Part shown: positions 1-9,301 of the stretch, one piece after another | How positions within the stretch are numbered: the stretch's first letter is position 1 | How the letters are laid out: each line of letters starts with the position of its first letter | Assembly (NCBI GenBank): GCA_963668645.2 | Contig: CAXXWC010000013.1 | Coordinates: forward strand, 192,001-256,000 | Origin: Desulfobacterales bacterium | Lineage (GTDB): Bacteria > Desulfobacterota > Desulfobacteria > Desulfobacterales > UBA2174 | DNA length: 64,000 bases | Direction: 5' to 3' | Notes under the pieces: model-generated | Told to the model about the DNA's origin: nothing | Database searches by the model: none | The model's input: the letters and a program-made list of their open reading frames with translations, nothing else | Program-made: the position numbers and the translations under genes

Positions 1-721
1 TGGGCCAGCCGTTGGTGAACATATACAGGGCCCGGGACACCGGATAGGAGCCGTCCAGCGTGGTCTTCTCGCTGCCTTCGACGCCGTTGACGCTCAGGGC
101 CTTGAGATCCTTGTTGAGGTAGCCGATGCCCACATAGCCGATGGCGTGCTTGTTGCCGGTTACCGCCTGGGCCACGGCGCCGTTGGAGGCCAGAACCTGG
201 GCCCGGGGGGTGACGCGCTCCTTGTGCAGGACCTTGACTTCCCAAGTCTCATAGGTGCCCGAGGAGGTGTCGCGGGAAACCACCACGATATCCATGTCCG
301 GACCGCCGACTTCCTTGAAGTTGGTGACCTTGCCGGTATAGATGTCCTTGAGCTGATCGGTGGTCAGATTGGTGAGCGAATTGCTCGGATGGACCACCGG
401 GATGATGCTGTCGTAGGCCACGGCAAAGGGGACGGGGTAGACGCCCTTTTCTATCGCCATCTTGACTTCCTTGTCCTTGATAAAGCGCGAGGCGTTGGCG
501 ATGTCTGTGCTGCCGTCGATCAGGGCCTTGATCCCGTTGCTCGATCCGCCGCCGGACAGCGAGATGTTGACCCCTGGATTGGCCTTCATGTACGACTCGA
601 CGCATTTTTGGGCGATGGGCAGTACGGTGGTCGATCCTTTGATGGTCAGATCCGCGGCCCAAGCCGAAGCTCCGGCGCAGACGAACAACACAGCCATGGC
701 GATTGTCAGGACTTTTTTCAT
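1..721 (-). CDS. pstS: Phosphate ABC transporter substrate-binding protein (3' end outside window)
   Basis: Manual translation from ATG at 721: MKKVLTIAMAVLFVCAGASAWAADLTIKGSTTVLPIAQ...SGGGSSNGIKAL...SRDTSSGTYETW...YPVSRALYMFTNG. Signal peptide and PstS motifs; AAAGGAG RBS. Confidence 0.93.
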   Translation of the reverse strand, partial: MKKVLTIAMAVLFVCAGASAWAADLTIKGSTTVLPIAQKCVESYMKANPGVNISLSGGGSSNGIKALIDGSTDIANASRFIKDKEVKMAIEKGVYPVPFAVAYDSIIPVVHPSNSLTNLTTDQLKDIYTGKVTNFKEVGGPDMDIVVVSRDTSSGTYETWEVKVLHKERVTPRAQVLASNGAVAQAVTGNKHAIGYVGIGYLNKDLKALSVNGVEGSEKTTLDGSYPVSRALYMFTNGWP

Positions 722-773
722 CGGTTTTGCTCCTTTAAATAATGTGACGGTTTTAGGTTTCTGGCGTTCAAAT

Positions 774-800
774 GTTAGGATACGGTTAAGATTCGGTCAG
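774..800 (-). promoter_or_regulatory. Pho-box-like array (three 11-bp-spaced repeats)
   Basis: GTTAG(774), GTTAA(785), GTCAG(796) at exact 11-bp period upstream of pstS. Confidence 0.65.
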
Positions 801-892
801 AAATGCATGAGCCGCGCAGGTCTGAGGATGGTTGGGCCGGCAACCTGCCGCACAACCCCGCCCGAACTGGCAACGGACTTTAGGCAAGGTTT

Positions 893-919
893 GTTAGTCA
901 TGCGTTACGAAGCGGTTAA
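893..919 (-). promoter_or_regulatory. Second Pho-box-like array
   Basis: GTTAG(893), GTTAC(904), GTTAA(915) at exact 11-bp period. Confidence 0.55.
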
Positions 920-1017
920 AAGATTGCAAGGGGGATCGGCGGCAAGGGGTATGAAAATGAAAAGCTGCCGGTGCAGCCAAGGCCGGCAGCTTCTTTATCG
1001 ACGGGTCTTTGTATCGA

Positions 1018-2670
1018 TTAAGCCTTGAAGATGTCCCTGTACGTCTGGCGCATTTCGCGCTTTAGAATCTTGCCCGTGGGGGTCTTGGGCAGGGCCGGTA
1101 CGAAGACCACCGACTTGGGCACCTTGAAAGGGGCCAGCTCCAGGCGGCACAGCTCGAGAATTTCGTTTTCGGTGATGGTTTCCCCCTTGCGCGGCACCAC
1201 GATGGCCGTCACCGCCTCGACCCACTTGGGATGGTCCACTCCGATCACCGCCACTTCCTCGACCCGTTTGTCCTTGTAAATGGCTTCTTCCACTTCGCGG
1301 GTGGGCACGTTTTCGCCGCCCGTTTTGATCATGTCCTTTTTACGGTCCACCACCGACACGTAGCGGTCGGCGTCCATCACGCCCACATCGCCGGAGTGAA
1401 ACCAGCCGCCGCGCATGGCATCCTCGGTCTTTTCCGGGTCCTTGAAGTACATGATCATGGCGTGGGGGCCCCGGCCGCAGATTTCGCCGGGCAGTTGGGG
1501 GATGTCGACGGGCTGGCCGATCTCATCTTCCAGGCGGGTTTCCATGTTCAAGCCGGCCATGCCGGCCGAACCGAGCTTGGACAGGGCGTCTTCAGCCTTT
1601 AAGATCGTGTGGTAGGGGGCCAGTTCGGTCTGGCCGTAGTAGTTGTAGACCCTGGCCCCCGGCAGGCGGTCAAGCATCTCCTTGAGCACCTCCACCGGCA
1701 TGATCGAGGCCCCGTAGTAACACTTTTTCAGGCAGGTCAGGTCGTGCTTGTCGAATTCCGGGTGGCGCATCATCCCGATCCAGACCGTGGGTGGGGCGAA
1801 GAACATGGTGGCCCGCCTTTCGGCGATGGTTTTGAGGATCTGCCCGATATCCGGGAGCATCAGGATGTTGGTGCCCCCCACGTAAAAGATGGGGTTTAAA
1901 AACACGTCCCGCTGGGCGCAGTGGTAGATGGGCAGGGCGTTGACGTTGATGTCGTCCGAGGCATAGTTGCCGTCGATAATGGCGCCCATGTACTGGGCGA
2001 TAAGGGCCTGGTTGCTGATGATGACCCCTTTGGGCAAAGATTCCGTGCCCGAGGTATAGGTCATCTGGCACGGGTCTTCGATGTGCAAAACGGCCTGCGG
2101 CTCGGTATCGGGATAGGCGCCGACCCAGGCGTCAAAGTCCCGAAAGCGGCCGTTCGCCGCCGGCTGGCCGGCCCCCTGGTCGGACCAGACAAGCGTCTTG
2201 ACGGAGGGCATGTCGTCGAGCACGTCCTTGACCAGATCGTAGAGGGTGTCTTCCACGATGAACACCTTGGCCTCGGAGTGGTTGATGCAATAGGTGATAT
2301 CCTTGCCGCGCAGCAGATAGTTGATCGCCAGATAGACCGCCCCGATCTTGCAACAGCCGAGCCAGGTGAGCACGTGATGGGCCGTGTTATGGGCCAGGAT
2401 GGCCACCCGGTCGTACTTTTCCACCCCCAGGTCGCGCAGGGCGTTGGCGGTGCGATTGCACTCGGCTTCCAGCCGGCTGTAGGTGTAGGTGTGATCGGCG
2501 AAGATCAGGGCCTCTTTGTCGGGGTAATGATAGGCCGTGCGCCGGATCATGTCGGCGATCACCCACCGGTTGACCGGGTTGTAGCGGTCCATCAAGAAGG
2601 AGAGGTTCTCCCGGTTGAGCACGGTGAAACGCGCTTTTTCGGCATCGCTTAGGGACTGGTGGGTCGTCAT
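1018..2670 (-). CDS. Acyl-CoA synthetase / fatty-acid--CoA ligase (AMP-binding family)
   Basis: YTSGTESLPKG AMP-binding motif, YGQTE, GWFHSGD, DRKKDMIKTGGENV, LPKTPTGKILK. Confidence 0.93.
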   Translation of the reverse strand: MTTHQSLSDAEKARFTVLNRENLSFLMDRYNPVNRWVIADMIRRTAYHYPDKEALIFADHTYTYSRLEAECNRTANALRDLGVEKYDRVAILAHNTAHHVLTWLGCCKIGAVYLAINYLLRGKDITYCINHSEAKVFIVEDTLYDLVKDVLDDMPSVKTLVWSDQGAGQPAANGRFRDFDAWVGAYPDTEPQAVLHIEDPCQMTYTSGTESLPKGVIISNQALIAQYMGAIIDGNYASDDINVNALPIYHCAQRDVFLNPIFYVGGTNILMLPDIGQILKTIAERRATMFFAPPTVWIGMMRHPEFDKHDLTCLKKCYYGASIMPVEVLKEMLDRLPGARVYNYYGQTELAPYHTILKAEDALSKLGSAGMAGLNMETRLEDEIGQPVDIPQLPGEICGRGPHAMIMYFKDPEKTEDAMRGGWFHSGDVGVMDADRYVSVVDRKKDMIKTGGENVPTREVEEAIYKDKRVEEVAVIGVDHPKWVEAVTAIVVPRKGETITENEILELCRLELAPFKVPKSVVFVPALPKTPTGKILKREMRQTYRDIFKA

Positions 2671-2903
2671 GCCTTTCCTCCTTTGAAAATGGGTTATGCG
2701 GGGTGAGTTCGAGCGGTTGCCGGCAGGTCCTTTGCTGCGGTCCTGAAAGCAGAAAATTCCACCTTCTTGCGCGAGAGTGAAATCCGGCCAAGGTTGCGAT
2801 GGTGCGTCACGTGGGAGATGGGCCGGGTTGATTGTTCTAAAGATGGCTGGATTTTAAGGGGATATATCGAAAGCGCCGGATAAAGTCAATCCTAAATAAG
2901 GGG

Positions 2904-3998
2904 CTACATATGCATGTAGCGGCGTTGCCCCTGGTCGACTTGGAGCCCCTCTTCGATCAGCGCCAGCACCTTGTCTTTGGCCCCGGGAAAGAGATATCCC
3001 TCGTAGCTTTGGGAAAAGAGAAGGCTGCCGCGGCGATTGCGCCAGTAGTTGGCCGCATGGTCGAAGCAGACCCGGGATTCGAGTTCCAAGGCCCCGATCA
3101 TTTGCCGCAGCTCGAGAAGCTGCTCGGCGGCGGTGAGCGGCTCCACCTCGCCGCTGTCCACCGATGCTTGCAGGGGAGTGCCGGGCCAGGGTTGAAAAGG
3201 GCGCGAGCGGATGTAGTGCGGACCGATGGCGTTCAGAACCCGGGCCGTGTTCAGGGCGTGAGCGGTGGAATTCTCCCGCCCGCCGATACCGGGCATCCAG
3301 TACTCGGAGAGGGTGAATCCGGCCTCTATGGCCTTGCGCCCGCCGCGGATATGGTCCTGGGCGCTGGATCCTTTTCTAATCAGGGCCAGCACCGCGTCGT
3401 CCCCGCTTTCCAGGCCCACGTGGAGCCGGTCCAGGCCCGCCTGGCGGATGGCGGTCAGCTCCGCAAGAGACTTTTGCGCCAGGGTGCGGGAGCGGGCGTA
3501 GCAAGTGACCCGCTCCAGGCTGGGAAAGGTGCGCCGCAGATATTCTATGGCCTCGACGAGGTGGCCGGTCTTCATCACCAGGCTGTTGGCGTCCTGGATA
3601 AAGGCGGTGCGTCCGCCCGAAAGGAGCCAATGGTAGAGCATGACAAAACCCGCATGGTGGTTGAGGGCCGGGACCCGCGCCATGAGGGCCAGGGCCGCTT
3701 GCTGGCCGATGCTTCCGCCCATCCCGAGCTGCCAGGAGGCTTGGCGAAGGTCTTCGCAAAGCTTGGCCATGGCGTCGATGTCGCGCTTGATCTCGGCCAC
3801 CGGGCGCACCTGGAAGCGTTCCTGCTTGTACATGCCGCAAAAGGCACAGTGGTTCCAGGGACAGTTGCGGGTGAAGCGGACCAGCAGCGAGTCGCTGCCC
3901 CCTTCGCTGGGGGGGCGATAGACGCCGGTTTCGAAATCGTACGGGGGCATGGCAGGTACCTTTGGCAAAGAGGTTTTGGAATTCATAATAAGTCCCAT
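2904..3998 (-). CDS. Radical SAM protein, function unknown
   Basis: CPWNHCAFC (CxxxCxxC) and GLESGDD motifs; exact start uncertain. Confidence 0.85.
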   Translation of the reverse strand: MGLIMNSKTSLPKVPAMPPYDFETGVYRPPSEGGSDSLLVRFTRNCPWNHCAFCGMYKQERFQVRPVAEIKRDIDAMAKLCEDLRQASWQLGMGGSIGQQAALALMARVPALNHHAGFVMLYHWLLSGGRTAFIQDANSLVMKTGHLVEAIEYLRRTFPSLERVTCYARSRTLAQKSLAELTAIRQAGLDRLHVGLESGDDAVLALIRKGSSAQDHIRGGRKAIEAGFTLSEYWMPGIGGRENSTAHALNTARVLNAIGPHYIRSRPFQPWPGTPLQASVDSGEVEPLTAAEQLLELRQMIGALELESRVCFDHAANYWRNRRGSLLFSQSYEGYLFPGAKDKVLALIEEGLQVDQGQRRYMHM

Positions 3999-4196
3999 GG
4001 CCGCTGAATCAAGTTTATCGGCCGGCTCCGAGGGGTGAACAGGCCTTAAAATTCAATGTTGCCAGGCCGCCCGGCCCTGATGTAAAAGATGGCAGCTAAA
4101 CTTCGCGGGCGGACATGGAGCTGCCCGAGTGCCATTTGCGTCCAGGCAGTGCCGGGTGCAAGAGGGCTTTTTAAACCACGATGTAAAGGAGGGGCC

Positions 4197-5313
4197 ATGA
4201 GCGCCGAACTCAAGCAGGAAATCAAGGAACTGGATGCCAAGCTCACCCAGCTCAAGGTGTATCTTTGACCTGCCGGGCAAAACCCAGCGACTCGCCGAGA
4301 TCGAAAAAATCCTTTCCCAAGCCGGCTTCTGGAACAATCCCGACCAGTCCAAGGATATTCTGAAAGAACGCGCCCGCCTCAAGGCCCCCATCGAGCGGAT
4401 CGAGGCCATCGCCAAGGACCTGGAGGACAGCGCCCTGCTGCTGGATATGGCCGTGGAGGAGGACGACGCCGGGACCGTGGCCGAGGTGCGCGCTCAGGTG
4501 GACGATACTGCGGCACGCGTCGAGCGTCTTTCCCTGGAGATGATGCTCGACGGGCAGGACGACCACAGCGATGCCATCCTCTCGATCAATGCCGGCGCCG
4601 GCGGCACCGAGGCCCAGGACTGGGCCGAGATCCTGCTGCGCATGTACACCCGCTGGATCGAGCGCAACGGCTACCAGGCCGATATCATCGACTATCAACC
4701 CGGCGAGGAGGCCGGCATCAAGAGTGCGACCCTCACCGTCAAGGGGGAAAATGCCTACGGCTACCTCAAGAGCGAAAGCGGGGTCCATCGCCTGGTGCGC
4801 ATATCGCCGTTCAACGCCAGCGGCAAGCGCATGACCTCCTTTGCGGCCGTTTTCGTCTATCCGGATCTGGACCAGGAGATCACCATCGACATCGACGAAA
4901 AGGATCTGCGCACCGATGTGTTCCGCGCCAGCGGGGCCGGCGGCCAGCACGTCAACAAGACCTCCAGCGCGGTGCGCATCACCCATCTGCCCACCGGGAT
5001 CGTGGTCCAGTGCCAGCAGGAGCGCAGCCAGCACCGCAACCGGGACATGGCCATGAAGGTGCTGCGCGCCCGGCTCTACCAGCGCGAAAAGGAAGCCCAG
5101 GAGGAAAAGCTGCAGCAGGTGCAGGACGGCAAGGAGGAGATCACCTGGGGCAGCCAGATCCGCTCCTATGTGATGCAGCCTTACCAGATGGTCAAGGACC
5201 ATCGCATCCATCTCGATGTGGGCAATATCCAGGATGTGCTGGACGGCGGGTTGCAGCCGTTCATCGAAGGGGTCCTGCTGGCCAAGAAGGCCAACAAGGC
5301 CCGCGGCGCCTGA
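4197..5313 (+). CDS. prfB: Peptide chain release factor 2 with programmed +1 frameshift
   Basis: ATG 4197 after AAGGAGG; 23 codons to CTT TGA C (4263-4269); the +1 frame carries SPF and GGQ motifs. Confidence 0.97.
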
Positions 5314-5314
5314 G

Positions 5315-5878
5315 ATGGCATTGGATCCCGAAGCGGTCCTGGCGCGTTTTTACGCGCCGGATGGCCCCACCCTGGACATTTTGCGGCGCCACGGCCGCCA
5401 GGTGGCGGCCAAAGCCCTGGCCGCGGCCGAACAGGTGGCCCACCTTCGACCGGACCGCACCTTCATCTTCGAGGCGGCCATGCTCCACGACGTAGGCATC
5501 GGTTGCACCGATACCCCGTCGCTGGGCTGCCACGGCGCGCTGCCCTACATTTGCCACGGGGTGGAAGGACGACGCTTGCTGGAAAATATCGGTCTGGCGC
5601 GCCACGCCCTGGTTTGCGAACGGCACGTGGGAGTAGGGATTTCGGCGGCCGAGATCCGCACCCGAAAGCTGCCCCTGCCCGAGCGGGACATGCTGCCGGT
5701 GAGTCTGGAAGAGGAAATCATCTGTTACGCGGACAAGTTTTTTTCCAAAAACGGCCGCGGTCCTGAACAGGGGCGCTCGGTGGCCGAGGTCGCCGCCCTG
5801 CTGGCTGCCTACGGCCAAGCGCCGGTGGCCCGATTCCAGGACTGGGCCGAACGATTCGAGGCCCTCGATGCACCCTGA
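5315..5878 (+). CDS. HD/HDIG-domain phosphohydrolase
   Basis: H...AAMLHDVG...HG...H...YADKFF motif series; starts 1 nt after prfB stop. Confidence 0.85.
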   Translation: MALDPEAVLARFYAPDGPTLDILRRHGRQVAAKALAAAEQVAHLRPDRTFIFEAAMLHDVGIGCTDTPSLGCHGALPYICHGVEGRRLLENIGLARHALVCERHVGVGISAAEIRTRKLPLPERDMLPVSLEEEIICYADKFFSKNGRGPEQGRSVAEVAALLAAYGQAPVARFQDWAERFEALDAP

Positions 5879-7502
5879 ACGCATTCGTCAAGCCCTGCGG
5901 TTCTATTTCATCAGCGACGAAGGCGCCGCCGACCCTCTCGACCAGGTGCGCTGTGCCCTGATGGGCGGGGCCACCCTGATTCAATACCGCCACAAACAGT
6001 TCACCACCCGGGATCTGCCGGCGGTACAGGCCGTAGCGGCCCTGTGCCGGGCCAACAACGTGCCCCTGGTGGTCAACGACAACATCCTTCTGGCCAAGGC
6101 CGTGGGCGCCGACGGTGTCCATCTGGGCCAGGACGATGAAAATCCGGCCCTGGCGCGGGAGATTTTAGGCCACCAGGCCATCGTGGGCGTGTCGGTGTCG
6201 ACCCTCGACGAGCTGGGCCGCACCGATCTGGTTCCCTGCGACTACATCGGCACCGGGCCGGTGTTCGCCACCGGCACCAAGGCGGATGCCAAGGCCGTGA
6301 TTGGACTTTCGGGGCTGGAGCGGGTCACCGCCCTTGCCTCAATACCGGTGGTGGCCATCGGCGGCATCGGTATTGAAAGGGCCCGAAGCTGTTTTGCCGC
6401 CGGCGCGGCAGGGGTGGCGGTGATCAGCGCCGTCAGCCGGGCCGCGGATCGACTGGCGGCCGCGAATGACCTGGGGAAAATCTGCGGCGCGGCGCCGCGC
6501 ACCGCCCTGGCCCGGCCCTGGCAGGACGAGTTCGGTCTGATCCGCAAGATCGTGGCGGCCGGAACCCGGGGACAAAACGCGGATGCCCTGATCGAGGCCC
6601 CCGGAGACGATACCTGCCTGATGAAGGCCCTTTCGCGGCCGGTGCTCACCACCGATTGCCACCGCGACGGGGTCCATTTCCGGCGCGACTGGCAAACCCT
6701 GCCGGAAATCGGTTTCAAGGCCGTGGTGGCGACCCTGAGCGACCTGGCCGCCGCCTATGCCCGGCCCCTGGTCATTTTCGTCAATCTGACCCTGCCGCCG
6801 GATTCGGCTGAAACGGATGCGGTGGCACTCTACGACGGGATCGGAGAAGCCCTCGAACACTACCGGGTGGCCCTGGGCGGGGGCAACGTGTCACGGGGCA
6901 GGGATCTGGCCGTGGATCTTTTTGCCGTGGGTGAGGGGCGCATCGATCTGTTTCCCACCCGGCGGTCGGCCCGGGTCGGGGATCTTCTCTGTGCCACCGG
7001 CCCCCTGGGGCTGGCCCGGGCCGGGCTCCACTGCCTGGCAGCCGGAGACGGCCGCTTTGCCGGCCTGATCGAAGCCTTCAAGCGGCCCCAGGCGCGCTTT
7101 GATGCGGCCGCGGTGCTGGCCGGCTCCGGGGTCCGGTGCGTGATGGACATCTCGGACGGTCCGGCCGGAGATACCTGCCACATCGCCGAAGCCTCCGGGG
7201 TGTCTGTCGAGCTGGACATGGACCGGTCCTGCCTGGCGCCGGCGCTGGTCGGTTTTTGCGATCATTACGGATTCGATCCGGTGGATTTTGCCCTGGCCGG
7301 CGGGGAAGATTACGAGCTGCTCTTTGCCTGCCCGGAAAAGACATTCGCGGCCCTGGCCCCCCGGCTGCCCGGCGCCGTACGGGTCGGGCGCTGCCTGGCG
7401 CAGGGCGAAACGCCTTTGGTCGGCCGGGCTTCCAGGCTCGCTTCCTATCAGCATGGAAGCGGTGAGGACCGGTCTCCGGGGCTGCGATCCTGGCTCAGAT
7501 AA
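5868..7502 (+). CDS. thiE-thiL: Fused thiamine-phosphate synthase / thiamine-monophosphate kinase (ThiE-ThiL)
   Basis: N-terminal QYRHK, VND, GVHLGQDD, GPVFATGTK, VAIGGI (ThiE). C-terminal EFGLI, GDD, GVHF, SDLAA, GGN, DISDG, GGEDYELLF (ThiL). Confidence 0.9.
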   Translation: MHPERIRQALRFYFISDEGAADPLDQVRCALMGGATLIQYRHKQFTTRDLPAVQAVAALCRANNVPLVVNDNILLAKAVGADGVHLGQDDENPALAREILGHQAIVGVSVSTLDELGRTDLVPCDYIGTGPVFATGTKADAKAVIGLSGLERVTALASIPVVAIGGIGIERARSCFAAGAAGVAVISAVSRAADRLAAANDLGKICGAAPRTALARPWQDEFGLIRKIVAAGTRGQNADALIEAPGDDTCLMKALSRPVLTTDCHRDGVHFRRDWQTLPEIGFKAVVATLSDLAAAYARPLVIFVNLTLPPDSAETDAVALYDGIGEALEHYRVALGGGNVSRGRDLAVDLFAVGEGRIDLFPTRRSARVGDLLCATGPLGLARAGLHCLAAGDGRFAGLIEAFKRPQARFDAAAVLAGSGVRCVMDISDGPAGDTCHIAEASGVSVELDMDRSCLAPALVGFCDHYGFDPVDFALAGGEDYELLFACPEKTFAALAPRLPGAVRVGRCLAQGETPLVGRASRLASYQHGSGEDRSPGLRSWLR

Positions 7503-8371
7503 ACCCCTGCAAACACAACCAGGGCCGCCAGATATTGGGTCCCGGTGAAGGTCTCGCCGAGAATCAACCAGCCGAAAAACACCGCAAAGACCGGAATCAG
7601 GTTGATAAAGGCCGTGGCCTGGCTGACCGGTATGCGGCTGACGGCGAAATTGTAAAGCCCGTAGGCCCCCAGGGTGATAAAGGCCCCCAGATAGATCACG
7701 GCCCCCACGCCCGCAAGGCTGAATCGGGTGGGCAGGGCCGTGGTGGGCAAAAAAAGCGTCAGGAAGAAAAAGAGGCATCCCACCAAAGCCTGGATGGCCG
7801 TGAGAAAAAAGGGGCTGAAGCGGGCGCTGAGCCGCTTGAGGTTGATGATGTAGCCCGTGGCGCAGACCATGGCGATAAATTCGTAAAAGTTGCCCAGAAG
7901 CGGGCGGGGCGCCCCGCTGCCGGCTTCAGCGGCCAGGCTGAGCCAGCAGACGCCGAAAATGGCGATGAAAAAGCCGGTCAGGGTGCGCCGCGTGATGCGC
8001 TCTTTGAGCACCATGCGGGCTACCACCGCCACCAGCAGGGGCAGGGTGGCCGAAATCATGCCGGCCTGGGAGGCGCTGGTATTTTCCAGGGCCTTGGCCT
8101 CGAAGACAAAGTAGAGGCACGGTTCGCAGATCGCCATGAAGGCCAGCAGGTGCCAGTCGCCTTTTTGAAATTCCAGCCGCCGGAACGCTCCCGGGATAAA
8201 CACGAAGCAGAGGCTGCCCACCAGCATGCGCCCGAAGATCACCACCATGGGATCGAAGTGGCCGAAAGCGATTTTGAGCGCCACGAAAGAGCTGGCCCAC
8301 AAGAGTGTGGCGGCCAGCAGACTGGCCACTGGGAGCCAGGGGGCGCTTCGGATTTGGAGCCGGTTTTTCAT
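7448..8371 (-). CDS. DMT/EamA family transporter
   Basis: About 10 hydrophobic helices; LLWASSFVALK and FINLIPVFAVFFGWLILGE EamA motifs. Confidence 0.9.
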   Translation of the reverse strand: MKNRLQIRSAPWLPVASLLAATLLWASSFVALKIAFGHFDPMVVIFGRMLVGSLCFVFIPGAFRRLEFQKGDWHLLAFMAICEPCLYFVFEAKALENTSASQAGMISATLPLLVAVVARMVLKERITRRTLTGFFIAIFGVCWLSLAAEAGSGAPRPLLGNFYEFIAMVCATGYIINLKRLSARFSPFFLTAIQALVGCLFFFLTLFLPTTALPTRFSLAGVGAVIYLGAFITLGAYGLYNFAVSRIPVSQATAFINLIPVFAVFFGWLILGETFTGTQYLAALVVFAGVYLSQDRSPGDRSSPLPC

Positions 8372-8455
8372 TTTTTCTCACTGGATATCTTTGGTGCCCG
8401 AAAAATAACTGCGGCGGTCATGCTGAAAATTTCGAGGCTTCACCGTCCGTTGAGC

Positions 8456-8483
8456 TTGACACCCGTCAAAGGGGACTTAAGAT
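8456..8483 (+). promoter_or_regulatory. sigma70-like promoter with no convincing downstream ORF
   Basis: TTGACA(8456-8461)-N16-TAAGAT(8478-8483). Confidence 0.5.
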
Positions 8484-8489
8484 TGATCC

Positions 8490-8600
8490 GTGCGATCCAT
8501 CGCACAGGGAGTTGGCGCAGGCCCCCAACTGCGCGTCTCCTTGCAGTAAATCTCTTCCTCTCCCCGCGGGCGGCGGGGTTCAAGACCCGCCGCCCCTTCC
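8490..8600 (+). ncRNA. Candidate ~110-nt small RNA
   Basis: Promoter followed by three hairpins (8490-8505, 8506-8541, 8568-8595) and a CU-rich linker (8551-8565). Confidence 0.4.
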
Positions 8601-8779
8601 TGAGCATGGGCGTCTGCTTTCCGGTTGCCGGTCGTCTTCAGGCGCATCAGCCTAATGGAATAAAATGGGCTGCGGATCAAGTCCAGAATTTCACCGGCGG
8701 GCCTTTTGGCCGAGGTTGCCAGCCATTAACGCTGAGCAAAAGCGGTACGGAAAAGGCGGGGTGGCTTTCCGGGGGTGAC

Positions 8780-9252
8780 CTATATCCCGTTGAGCGTCTG
8801 TGAGGAGCAGACTCTCAGGACCTGAGATAGATCCGTTACTCCTTGAAATATCTTTTGTATCCCGTCCATGAACAAGGTTCTCATGCCACCGGCATTTTTT
8901 AGCATCGTTTTTTTACGCCCATGAAAGGGGAAAAAACAAGCCGGTAAGGATCGTCGCGCTTTTTGGATAATGCGAAGAAACCCGTCGAATGCGATTGGTT
9001 GTTCAAAACGTGCAGATCATATGTTTTGCCCGCGGATGTAGTAATCGACTCTTCTACAAAATCGGTTTTGGCTTCATACTTTTTTGCGATTTCCCCTTTC
9101 ATTGCCACAGCGCATATCTCGTCGAAGACAAACAGTTGTGTCTGTTCGGTGTTCTTGACGAGCACGGTGACCTGATTGTCCTCCGGATTAAAAAGGGCGC
9201 TCAGCACGACCTCGAGTCTTGTTTCATCCGATAATTCCAGTATCGCATCCAT
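8780..9252 (-). pseudogene. GspE/PilB-family ATPase remnant with the ATPase core deleted
   Basis: 117-aa ORF followed out of frame by GGMRTLFMDGIQKIFQGVTDLSQVLRVC, the typical GspE/PilB C-terminus; no Walker motifs. Confidence 0.7.
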
Positions 9253-9301
9253 GGCTGCTCCATTTCCCCCGGCCGGTTGCGGCGCCGTTCATACAATGGG
9301 G

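Noticed and set aside
4266..4268. In-frame TGA as selenocysteine or a pseudogene lesion
   Set aside because: It is the canonical prfB CTT-TGA-C frameshift site
7448..7502. 55-bp convergent overlap of thiE-thiL and the EamA gene as antisense regulation
   Set aside because: Short tail overlaps are common, and nothing else supports a function
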